Shown: positions 38,966 through 46,877 of the stretch, piece after piece
Layout: every line of letters begins with the position of its first letter
Numbering within the stretch: position 1 is the stretch's first letter
Virus record (IMG/VR): IMGVR_UViG_3300046832_000578
Direction: 5' to 3' (one strand)
DNA from: a virus
DNA: 64,000 nucleotides
The notes under the pieces: generated by a model
The model's input: the letters and a program-made list of their open reading frames with translations, nothing else
Database searches by the model: none
Told to the model about the DNA's origin: nothing
Made by a program: the position numbers and the translations under genes

Positions 38966-40093
38966 ATGCCTTCTACAATCTTAGGCGAACACGCACTCAC
39001 AATTCCAACTGGAACAACCGCAGAAAGACCAGGATCTCCAGCTGCTGGTATGATGAGATTTAATACCAGCACTGGATATCTTGAATACTATAATGTAGGA
39101 ACAAGTTCTTGGTTGGGAATTGGTCAATTATCAGTTTCTGGAGGAACTGGAGCTACATATACCGATGGTGGAACAACTTATGGTGTTGCAGCATTCACAT
39201 CATCTGGATCTTTAAGTATTATTAATGGAGGAACTCTTGATCTTGTGGCTGTCGGTGGTGGTGGTGGTGGTGGTAGCTGGGTTCCAGGTGGTGGTGGAGC
39301 AGGTGGTTTAGTTTCTCTAACAGGACAATATGTTTCTGGTGGAACATATTCTGCAGTCGTTGGTACTGGTGGACCTGGACAGCTGAATCCAGGTAATTAT
39401 GCTTGGCAAACTGGCATCCGATATGGTGGTGATTCATATATTGCTCTAGGTTCTAGTTATGTTATTACTGCAATGGGTGGTGGTCTTGGTGGATCTTATG
39501 ACGGTAATGGCGGTGATGCCAACGCATTAGCTCAAAATGGTGGTTCTGGTGGAGGTAGGGGAATAAATACTGCTAGCAATGGAACTGGATTACAAGTATC
39601 AGGATCTGGCGTAACGACTTCTCCTAATGGAAATACAGTACCTGCAACATCATTAACTGGCGGTTTTGGTAATAATGGTGGAGGTAATGGTTCTAGTAAT
39701 GAAGGTTACGGACAATTATCTGGAGGTGGTGCTGGTGGTGCTCCTGCTGGATATGGTTCTACTAATGGTGGAATGAATGGTAGACAAGTAGGATGGGTTG
39801 GAACATTTAATCAATATGGCACCAATACATCGAATTCAACTTCAGGCACTCGTGGATATTTCTGTGGTGGCGGTGGACAAGGAAATCACTCTGGTGGACC
39901 AGTTGGTTCTGGCGGATATGGTGGCGGTGGAACTGGATCATCTGCCATGAACTCATCAACTCCGCAAGCCCAACAGCCTGGACAAGCCAATACTGGCGGT
40001 GGCGGTGGTGGTGGTGGTATGTCTGGTGGCCAAGCATCAAGAGGTGGAACTGGTGGGTCTGGTTTGCTTTTAGTTAGATATATCGCTTCATAA
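38966..40093 (+). CDS. Glycine-rich virion-associated protein
   Basis: P.GTTA.RP...G..RFN N-motif; F.SSG, VGGGGGG, A.GGG.G, NTGGGGGG, GG.GGSG....RY. Confidence 0.8.
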   Translation: MPSTILGEHALTIPTGTTAERPGSPAAGMMRFNTSTGYLEYYNVGTSSWLGIGQLSVSGGTGATYTDGGTTYGVAAFTSSGSLSIINGGTLDLVAVGGGGGGGSWVPGGGGAGGLVSLTGQYVSGGTYSAVVGTGGPGQLNPGNYAWQTGIRYGGDSYIALGSSYVITAMGGGLGGSYDGNGGDANALAQNGGSGGGRGINTASNGTGLQVSGSGVTTSPNGNTVPATSLTGGFGNNGGGNGSSNEGYGQLSGGGAGGAPAGYGSTNGGMNGRQVGWVGTFNQYGTNTSNSTSGTRGYFCGGGGQGNHSGGPVGSGGYGGGGTGSSAMNSSTPQAQQPGQANTGGGGGGGGMSGGQASRGGTGGSGLLLVRYIAS

Positions 40094-40107
40094 TAGGAAA
40101 AAATAAC

Positions 40108-40482
40108 ATGGCACACTTTGCTAGAATAGATAAAAATAATATAGTAACAGAAGTAATAGTTGTAGAGCAAGAAGTTATTAATTCTGGAGTATTTGGCGAG
40201 CCTGAACAATGGGTACAAACTTCATATAATACATATGGTGGTGTTCATGTTCATGGTGGCACACCTTTTAGAAAAAACTTTGCTGGTAAAGGTATGATTT
40301 GGGACGCAGATCGTGATGCTTTTTATGCACCTAAGCCATTTGCTTCTTGGGTTTTAAATGAAAGCACATGTTATTGGGAACCACCAATAGCAAGTCCAGG
40401 AGATACCGTTGATGAAGATGGTACTGTAAATTCTCATAAATGGGATGAAACTACACAAACATGGATACCCTTTAGTTACTAA
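40108..40482 (+). CDS. Conserved phage hypothetical protein
   Basis: MAHFA.I...N.V..V.V, W.QTSYN, RKN.AG.G..D...DAF..P.P..SW.L.E....WE.P. Confidence 0.8.
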   Translation: MAHFARIDKNNIVTEVIVVEQEVINSGVFGEPEQWVQTSYNTYGGVHVHGGTPFRKNFAGKGMIWDADRDAFYAPKPFASWVLNESTCYWEPPIASPGDTVDEDGTVNSHKWDETTQTWIPFSY

Positions 40483-40487
40483 AATTA

Positions 40488-40509
40488 AAAACCACCTTTG
40501 GGTGGTTTT
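40488..40509 (+). terminator. Intrinsic terminator
   Basis: AAAACCACC-TTTG-GGTGGTTTT hairpin. Confidence 0.7.
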
Positions 40510-40550
40510 AATATCTAATTTATAGATAAACAATTTATGAGTGAATAATA

Positions 40551-41159
40551 ATGAATTTTACTGAGGTTATACCTTTTGTTACACCACTATATGTAATAAC
40601 TGATTTGAATTATAATTGTATTTTTGAAGATGTCCAAGATATTAAAAATACAACAGGTCACTTCAACTATAGATACAACAATAATGGAAAACAAACATCT
40701 AATTTAATTGACACTACCTTATCCCAACAATATACTGATATTAATAGTTTATTAAATTATTCAGGTGAACTATGTTCTTCTATGCTATCCAGATGGGGAT
40801 TAAATAGAAAGGTAGAATTAACTAATTGGTGGATTAATATTGATGGTGATAGTAACTATTGTTCTACACATATGCATCCAGGTTCGATAATTAGTGGGGT
40901 GTACTATATTAATGTTCCTGAGGGATCAGGTGAAATAGAATTTGAACGACCAGATCCACTAGTGCATTATTTTTATGCAGAAGAACCAAATGAAACTTCA
41001 TACACAATTTATAAAGTTCAACCACAAAAAGGTATGATGATATTATTTCCTTCATACATAAAACATAGAGTTATAGAAAATAAATTTAAAGATAAATCGC
41101 TAGAAAGAATATCCTTAGCGTTTAATTATTCGTTAATACATTCAGATAGAGAAAAATAA
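40551..41159 (+). CDS. Putative 2OG-Fe(II) oxygenase (TIGR02466-like)
   Basis: W.N, H.HP.S..SGVYY, G...F, G...LFPSY..H.V, RIS.AFN. Confidence 0.85.
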   Translation: MNFTEVIPFVTPLYVITDLNYNCIFEDVQDIKNTTGHFNYRYNNNGKQTSNLIDTTLSQQYTDINSLLNYSGELCSSMLSRWGLNRKVELTNWWINIDGDSNYCSTHMHPGSIISGVYYINVPEGSGEIEFERPDPLVHYFYAEEPNETSYTIYKVQPQKGMMILFPSYIKHRVIENKFKDKSLERISLAFNYSLIHSDREK

Positions 41160-41161
41160 TT

Positions 41162-41446
41162 ATGGCACATTTTAGAGTTTGCATGACTGGCGGTGAGGGT
41201 ATTTTTACCGACGACCAGATTGTTAAAGGAACCTGCACAGATTCTCCAGAGGTTAATTCAGAAATACTACATGTATGGACTACCTTTATGGAAATTGCAG
41301 AAGATGAAAATAAAAAGACTGGACATAAAATTACTGGTTTTATGATGTATGTAAATAATAAAAGAGTTCAAATAGAATATTGGGATCCATTTAATAATAT
41401 TACTATGGATCAATATGACCCTGATAGATTTAAAATGAAAAAGTGA
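41162..41446 (+). CDS. Hypothetical protein
   Basis: Fills the gap between the oxygenase genes. Confidence 0.65.
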   Translation: MAHFRVCMTGGEGIFTDDQIVKGTCTDSPEVNSEILHVWTTFMEIAEDENKKTGHKITGFMMYVNNKRVQIEYWDPFNNITMDQYDPDRFKMKK

Positions 41447-41458
41447 AAGTGAGATTAA

Positions 41459-42037
41459 ATGTTAGAAGAAATTATACCATTTGCAACTAAAATTTATGTG
41501 TATAGAGTGACACAACCATATAAACACTTGGTTGAAAATATTAAACAACTTAGAGATAGTATTCCAGATGAACACAACATTGGAGCGTCCAATCGTGGTG
41601 GGTGGCAGAGTAAGTATTTTGACTATGGAACACAAGAATGGATTAAAGATATTTTACATGAAATAGCACCACAAGTTACAAAAATTTATAAAGACTATGG
41701 AATAAAACGAGATGTTAAATTAGGTAATTATTGGTTTAACATCAATAAAAAATATGATTATAACATCGCCCATTCTCACCCATGGACTAACATTGTTGGG
41801 GTTCTTTATATAAAAGTGCCAAAGGATAGTGGAGTTCTTAAATTAGTTAGACCTGATGAATGCCAAGAATGGTTAGTTCCAGACGAATTGTCTGAAATTA
41901 ATGCTGGTAACTTTGGAATTGTTCCAGAAGAAGGAATGTTAGTTTTATTCCCAGCATATCTTAAACATTATGTGGAACAGAATAGAACCGAAGACGAGAA
42001 TGACGAAAGAATATCCATATCATTTAATTTTAATTGA
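41459..42037 (+). CDS. Putative 2OG-Fe(II) oxygenase (TIGR02466-like)
   Basis: SN.GGWQS, W.NIN....YN..H.HP, GV.Y, LFPAYL.H.V, RISISFN. Confidence 0.87.
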   Translation: MLEEIIPFATKIYVYRVTQPYKHLVENIKQLRDSIPDEHNIGASNRGGWQSKYFDYGTQEWIKDILHEIAPQVTKIYKDYGIKRDVKLGNYWFNINKKYDYNIAHSHPWTNIVGVLYIKVPKDSGVLKLVRPDECQEWLVPDELSEINAGNFGIVPEEGMLVLFPAYLKHYVEQNRTEDENDERISISFNFN

Positions 42038-42045
42038 GAAATATT

Positions 42046-42630
42046 ATGAAACAACAAATACCAAATACTACATGGGGTTTAGAAGTAGATACAGTTTCCA
42101 GGTGGGCATATGCTGAAGGTTTATTTACTAATGAAGAGTGTGATCAGATAATAAAACTTGGATATGAATATGAGTTAACTAAATCAGTGACTATTGGTGC
42201 AAGTTCTGAATATAGAGATAGTAGATCGGTCTTTCTAGAACCAAATCCAGATACAAGTTGGATTTATAAAAGACTCACAGATGCTGTTATGGAACTTAAC
42301 TCCAAATTCTTTAATTTTGATTTATTCGGCTTTACTGAAGGATTGCAGTTTACTGAGTATACCGCTCCAGGCGGAAAATATAACCCTCATATTGATAAAC
42401 TATACCTAAAATCTATCAGGAAACTTTCCATTACAGTTCAATTGACAGATCCAAATGAATATGAAGGTGGAGATTTTGAAATACTTGATGAGGTTCCAGG
42501 AGAAAAATTAAAAAGAACTCGTGGAACTTTACTAGCATTTCCAAGTTATACTTTACATGCAGTTACTCCAGTAACTAAGGGAACTAGAAACAGTCTAGTT
42601 AGTTGGATTAGTGGTAAACCTTTTAGATAA
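42046..42630 (+). CDS. 2OG-Fe(II) oxygenase (prolyl-4-hydroxylase/PiuC-like)
   Basis: Q.T.Y...G.Y..H.D, RKLS...QL.DP..YEGG, FPSY..H.V.PVT.G.R.SLV.W..G..FR. Confidence 0.88.
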   Translation: MKQQIPNTTWGLEVDTVSRWAYAEGLFTNEECDQIIKLGYEYELTKSVTIGASSEYRDSRSVFLEPNPDTSWIYKRLTDAVMELNSKFFNFDLFGFTEGLQFTEYTAPGGKYNPHIDKLYLKSIRKLSITVQLTDPNEYEGGDFEILDEVPGEKLKRTRGTLLAFPSYTLHAVTPVTKGTRNSLVSWISGKPFR

Positions 42631-42635
42631 CTAAG

Positions 42636-42655
42636 ACCCTCTTCGGAGGGTTTTT
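42636..42655 (+). terminator. Intrinsic terminator with cUUCGg tetraloop
   Basis: ACCCTC-TTCG-GAGGGT followed by a T run; classic T4-type. Confidence 0.88.
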
Positions 42656-42682
42656 GTTATTAGAAGTTGCAGTCTCTGGTAT

Positions 42683-42690
42683 TATAAATA
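42683..42690 (+). promoter_or_regulatory. T4 late promoter TATAAATA
   Basis: Exact T4 consensus, directly after the terminator and before a structural gene. Confidence 0.8.
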
Positions 42691-42718
42691 AGATGTATAG
42701 AATTTATTGGATTCCAGA

Positions 42719-43054
42719 ATGGCAACTATTAGCAATCTTTATGTGGACGCTGGAGCGACATACAGTAATATCATCACTGTAACTGCAGCCAATGGTCAGG
42801 CACTGAATCTGGCTGGGTACACTGTCGCTTCTCAAATCAGAAAATCCTACCAATCAAGCGTTGCATATGCTTTTACTGCATCTATATACGATGCTGCAAC
42901 TGGTAAAATCCGATTACAATTAACAAGTGGTCAATCCGAAGCCATTCCTGCGGGAAGATGGCTGTACGATGTAGAGATTACTTCTTCTTCTGGGACAAAA
43001 ACCAGAGTCGTGGAAGGTATCGTAACAGTAAATCCTCAAATTACTCAAATATAA
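42719..43054 (+). CDS. Virion structural protein (BppU N-terminal-like Ig fold)
   Basis: NL.VD.GATY, L.GYT..SQIRK.Y, G.I.L.L, GR..YDVEI, RV.EG..TV.P. Confidence 0.7.
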   Translation: MATISNLYVDAGATYSNIITVTAANGQALNLAGYTVASQIRKSYQSSVAYAFTASIYDAATGKIRLQLTSGQSEAIPAGRWLYDVEITSSSGTKTRVVEGIVTVNPQITQI

Positions 43055-43056
43055 TT

Positions 43057-43311
43057 ATGGCAGAAATAACAGCAGTCGTAAACCCAGATGAGGCATTAAC
43101 AGTTGCCGTGTCAGAAGGCACATATGTGCTTAACACTTCAACGAATTTGGCTAATCCAGCCGTAGTAGAATCAGTTTCTAATATCGCAGATGTCGATGTA
43201 ACTACAAACGGACAAGTAAATGGATCAGTTTTAGTCTATAAAACAACAACAAATAAATGGACTTCCACTACAATTCTTGATGCGCAAGATGTAACTGGTG
43301 GACAATATTAA
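43057..43311 (+). CDS. Small virion protein
   Basis: DVD.....NGS.LVY.....KW; ends D.GQY. Confidence 0.65.
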   Translation: MAEITAVVNPDEALTVAVSEGTYVLNTSTNLANPAVVESVSNIADVDVTTNGQVNGSVLVYKTTTNKWTSTTILDAQDVTGGQY

Positions 43312-43325
43312 CGGAGAAATAAAAG

Positions 43326-46130
43326 ATGGCATCAATAATTAGAATAAAAAGATCGACCACAGCAGGGAATCCAACAACGCTTGGTGCTGGTGAGTTAGCG
43401 TATTCAGCACTTACCAATAACGACTCTAATGGTGGTGATCGTTTATACATTGGTATCGGTACAGAAACTGCTGGCGATGCAGCAAACCATATAGTTATTG
43501 GTGGTAAATACTTTACTGATTTACTGGATCATACTCGTGGTACACTAACTGCATCTTCTGCTTTAGTCGTTGACGCATCAAGTAAATTAGATAACCTTAA
43601 AGTTGATAACCTCGACTTAAATGGCAACACAATTAGCACTACGGACAGTAATGGCAATTTAGTTCTTGCTCCAAATGGTACTGGTGCAGTTAGTCTAACT
43701 TCTACTAATGCAGCAAGCAGCACTACTACTGGCGCATTAATTGTTGCAGGTGGTGTTGGTATCGCTGGTGCGTTGTATGTTGGTTCTTCAATTAGTGCTC
43801 AATCTGCTACATTCTCGAGTATTAACAATACTCCTATTGGTAATAGTACTCCAAGTACTGGCGCATTTACTGTGTTAGATACAGATAACATTAGAATTGA
43901 TGGTAACACTATCTCTTCTACTGATACCAACGGTAATATTACTCTAACTCCAAATGGCACTGGTAAATTAGTTCTTAATAATGTTTACATTAATGGAACA
44001 TCAGACACTCTTGCTGAGTTCATTTATGACACAGTCGGTGGCGCAGTAACTGGTGGTAATGGTATTGATATTACAAATTCTGATGGTGGTAATACTTCTA
44101 CAGTTGCTGTAAATACTGAATACATTCAAGATCTTGTTGGAGATATGATTTCTTCTAACACTGAATCTGGAATCTCAGTAACATATGACGACACAAATGG
44201 TAAGCTAGATTTTAATGTAAATGATCCTACTATTACTATTGATGGTGATGTAGACGGTAACGCTACAATGACCAACTTAGGTAACACAACTATTACAGTT
44301 ACCTTAGATACAGTAAATAGCAATGTCGGACAGTTTGGTTCTAGTACAGCAATACCAATTGTTACTGTTAATGGTAAAGGTCTTGTTACTGCTGTAAGCA
44401 CAGCTTCAATCACAACTTCTCTTGGTATTGCAGCCGACGCTGGTCAAGGCTCAGACACTATCGCTCTTGCCACTGATACATTAACATTCGCTGGCGGTGA
44501 AGGTATTGATACTTCTATCAATGCTTCTACAAATACTGTTACTATTTCTGGTGAAGATGCATCAACATCTAACAAAGGTGTAGCATCCTTCGCTGATGCA
44601 GACTTTAATGTATCTTCAGGTGCAGTTGAATTAAAAGATACAGTTGTCAAATCTGTTACAACAGACTCTGGCGCACTAACTCCTTCTACTCATAGTTTTT
44701 CTATTCTTGGTGGCGAAGGTATTGATGTAACTCACGCAGGTTCAACAATTACCGTTGCTGGTGAAGATGCATCTACATCCAATAAAGGTGTGGCATCTTT
44801 TGCTGATGCGAACTTTACTGTAAGCAGTGGTGCTGTTTCTACTAAAAATATTACTCTTGGTTCTTCAACACTAACCAATGGTTCTACAACTACATCTATT
44901 GCTGGAATAACAGAACTTACTGTAGATAATTTAAATTTTAATGGTAATACAATTACCTCATCAGATACCAATGGCGATATTATTTTATCCCCAAATGGTA
45001 CTGGTAAAGTTGATGTTTCTGGTTCTATTATTACAGGATTAAATGAACCTGTAAATGCTACTGATGCAGCAACAAAGAACTATGTTGATACTGTTGCTGA
45101 AGGTTTGCATGTTCACGAAGCTGCGCATTGTGCAACCACTAACACTCTTGCAGTTCTTTCTGGTGGTACTGTAACATATAACAATGGCACTTCTGGTGTA
45201 GGCGCAACACTTACTCTTTCTGCTGGTTTATCAGCGATTGACGGACATACATTAGTTAATGGCGATCGTATTCTTGTTAAGAATCAAGCAACTCAAGCCC
45301 ATAACGGTATGTATGTCCGTACCAGTGCGACAGTTCTTACTCGTGCCTCTGATTTTGACACTGCTGCTGAAATTGGTGGTGGTGACTTTACTTTCGTTGA
45401 AAATGGTACTACATATGGAAACACTGGTTGGGTTCAGACAGTTGAAGTATTAACTGTTGGTACAGATAATATTATCTGGCAACAGTTCTCTGGTACTGGT
45501 ACATTTACTGCTGGTTCTGGTTTAACAATCGCTGGTACAGAGTTCAATGTAGGTGGTACTGCAGATAGAATTACAGTAAATCCTGATAGTATTGATATTG
45601 CATCAACATATGTTGGTCAATCAACTATTACAACATTAGGTACAATCGGTACTGGTGTTTGGCAGGGTACTATTATTGCTGGTGAGTATGGCGGTACTGG
45701 TGTAAATAACTCTGGTAAAACTATTACTCTTGGTGGTAGTTTTACTCACACTGGTGCTCATAGTCTTGGTTTAACTACTACTGCTAATACTAGCATTACT
45801 CTACCAACAACTGGTACTGTTGCTACTCTAGCTGGTACTGAAACATTTACTAATAAAACTATTACTGGTGCAACTATTACCACTGGTAGTATTAACAATA
45901 CTCCAATTGGTGCTTCTACTGCAAATACTGGTGCGTTTACAACTCTTGCAGCTTCTGGAGCAGTAACACTTACTTCTGCCACTGACGCTACTAACTTAAC
46001 CACTGCAGCAGTTGTTCTTTCTGGTGGTTTGGCTGTTACTAAATCAATGTTTGTTGGTATAAATATTACTGGTGCTGGTGCAGGAACATCTACTCTCGAT
46101 GGATTTAACATCGATGGTGGCACTTATTAA
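43326..46130 (+). CDS. Long tail fibre-like protein with internal repeats
   Basis: I.IKRS.....P..L..GELAY head; repeated DN...GN.I...D.NG.I.L.PNGTG; DAATK.YVD; GDRILVKNQ...NG.Y; IDGGTY end. Confidence 0.8.
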   Translation: MASIIRIKRSTTAGNPTTLGAGELAYSALTNNDSNGGDRLYIGIGTETAGDAANHIVIGGKYFTDLLDHTRGTLTASSALVVDASSKLDNLKVDNLDLNGNTISTTDSNGNLVLAPNGTGAVSLTSTNAASSTTTGALIVAGGVGIAGALYVGSSISAQSATFSSINNTPIGNSTPSTGAFTVLDTDNIRIDGNTISSTDTNGNITLTPNGTGKLVLNNVYINGTSDTLAEFIYDTVGGAVTGGNGIDITNSDGGNTSTVAVNTEYIQDLVGDMISSNTESGISVTYDDTNGKLDFNVNDPTITIDGDVDGNATMTNLGNTTITVTLDTVNSNVGQFGSSTAIPIVTVNGKGLVTAVSTASITTSLGIAADAGQGSDTIALATDTLTFAGGEGIDTSINASTNTVTISGEDASTSNKGVASFADADFNVSSGAVELKDTVVKSVTTDSGALTPSTHSFSILGGEGIDVTHAGSTITVAGEDASTSNKGVASFADANFTVSSGAVSTKNITLGSSTLTNGSTTTSIAGITELTVDNLNFNGNTITSSDTNGDIILSPNGTGKVDVSGSIITGLNEPVNATDAATKNYVDTVAEGLHVHEAAHCATTNTLAVLSGGTVTYNNGTSGVGATLTLSAGLSAIDGHTLVNGDRILVKNQATQAHNGMYVRTSATVLTRASDFDTAAEIGGGDFTFVENGTTYGNTGWVQTVEVLTVGTDNIIWQQFSGTGTFTAGSGLTIAGTEFNVGGTADRITVNPDSIDIASTYVGQSTITTLGTIGTGVWQGTIIAGEYGGTGVNNSGKTITLGGSFTHTGAHSLGLTTTANTSITLPTTGTVATLAGTETFTNKTITGATITTGSINNTPIGASTANTGAFTTLAASGAVTLTSATDATNLTTAAVVLSGGLAVTKSMFVGINITGAGAGTSTLDGFNIDGGTY

Positions 46131-46136
46131 AGCGAA

Positions 46137-46143
46137 CTAAATA
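46137..46143 (+). promoter_or_regulatory. Late promoter core CTAAATA
   Basis: Intergenic, followed by a structured leader. Confidence 0.6.
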
Positions 46144-46210
46144 CATGGTGGGTGTAATTCCCACCCCAGTATATACTGGTTGTTTTAAATTCTACATAGA
46201 ATAGGTTATT

Positions 46211-46867
46211 ATGGCTAACACAGTCGTTCTCAAACGAAGTGCCGTTCAAGGCAAAACTCCAACTACAGGCGATCTTGCGCTTGGCGAGTTAGCATTAAAC
46301 ACATACGATGGTAACCTATTCTTCAAAAAAGACAGTGGAACTGCTTCCATTATGTCTGTTGCCACTCTTACTGGCACACAAACCCTAACAAACAAAACTC
46401 TTACCAGTCCAACTGTCAATAGTGCAACTGCAAATAATCTTACACTTACTGGCACTTTAACTGCTGGTGGTGGTGCAGGTACTAATGGACAAGTGCTTGT
46501 TTCTACTGGAACTGGTGTTCAGTGGACAACTCAAAGTGTTTCAACATTAGATAGCTTGTCAGATGTTGTAATTAGTTCTCCAGCATCAGATCAAGTTCTT
46601 AAATATAATGGATCTGTCTGGGTAAACGCTGAATCAGATCAAGCAGTTGCTTCTGCAGTTTTTGCAGCAAACGCTGAATCAGATTTAGGATTAGTAACCG
46701 ATCTTGTTATAACTTTATCAGAAGATCTTGGTTTGGTCACTGATGTACCAGCTGAGTATATTTACAACATGGGTTCTCTAGTTGTAGATGGTATTGTATC
46801 GCTAAGTAACTTAGATCAATCTGTTAAAGCAGATTATATTTCTTATGCAATTATTTTTGGATTCTAA
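46211..46867 (+). CDS. Tail fibre-related protein
   Basis: LKRS...G..P...L..GELA.NT.DG; TQTLTNKTL; L..LSDV. Confidence 0.75.
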   Translation: MANTVVLKRSAVQGKTPTTGDLALGELALNTYDGNLFFKKDSGTASIMSVATLTGTQTLTNKTLTSPTVNSATANNLTLTGTLTAGGGAGTNGQVLVSTGTGVQWTTQSVSTLDSLSDVVISSPASDQVLKYNGSVWVNAESDQAVASAVFAANAESDLGLVTDLVITLSEDLGLVTDVPAEYIYNMGSLVVDGIVSLSNLDQSVKADYISYAIIFGF

Positions 46868-46877
46868 AGGATCATAA

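Noticed and set aside
38883-38984. Stop-codon readthrough from the fibre gene into the Gly-rich gene
   Set aside because: The readthrough frame differs from the 38966 frame and ends at a TAG; the 38966 frame has an upstream in-frame TAG.
39250-40060. GGT/GGC microsatellite-like runs
   Set aside because: They simply encode poly-glycine in the Gly-rich protein.
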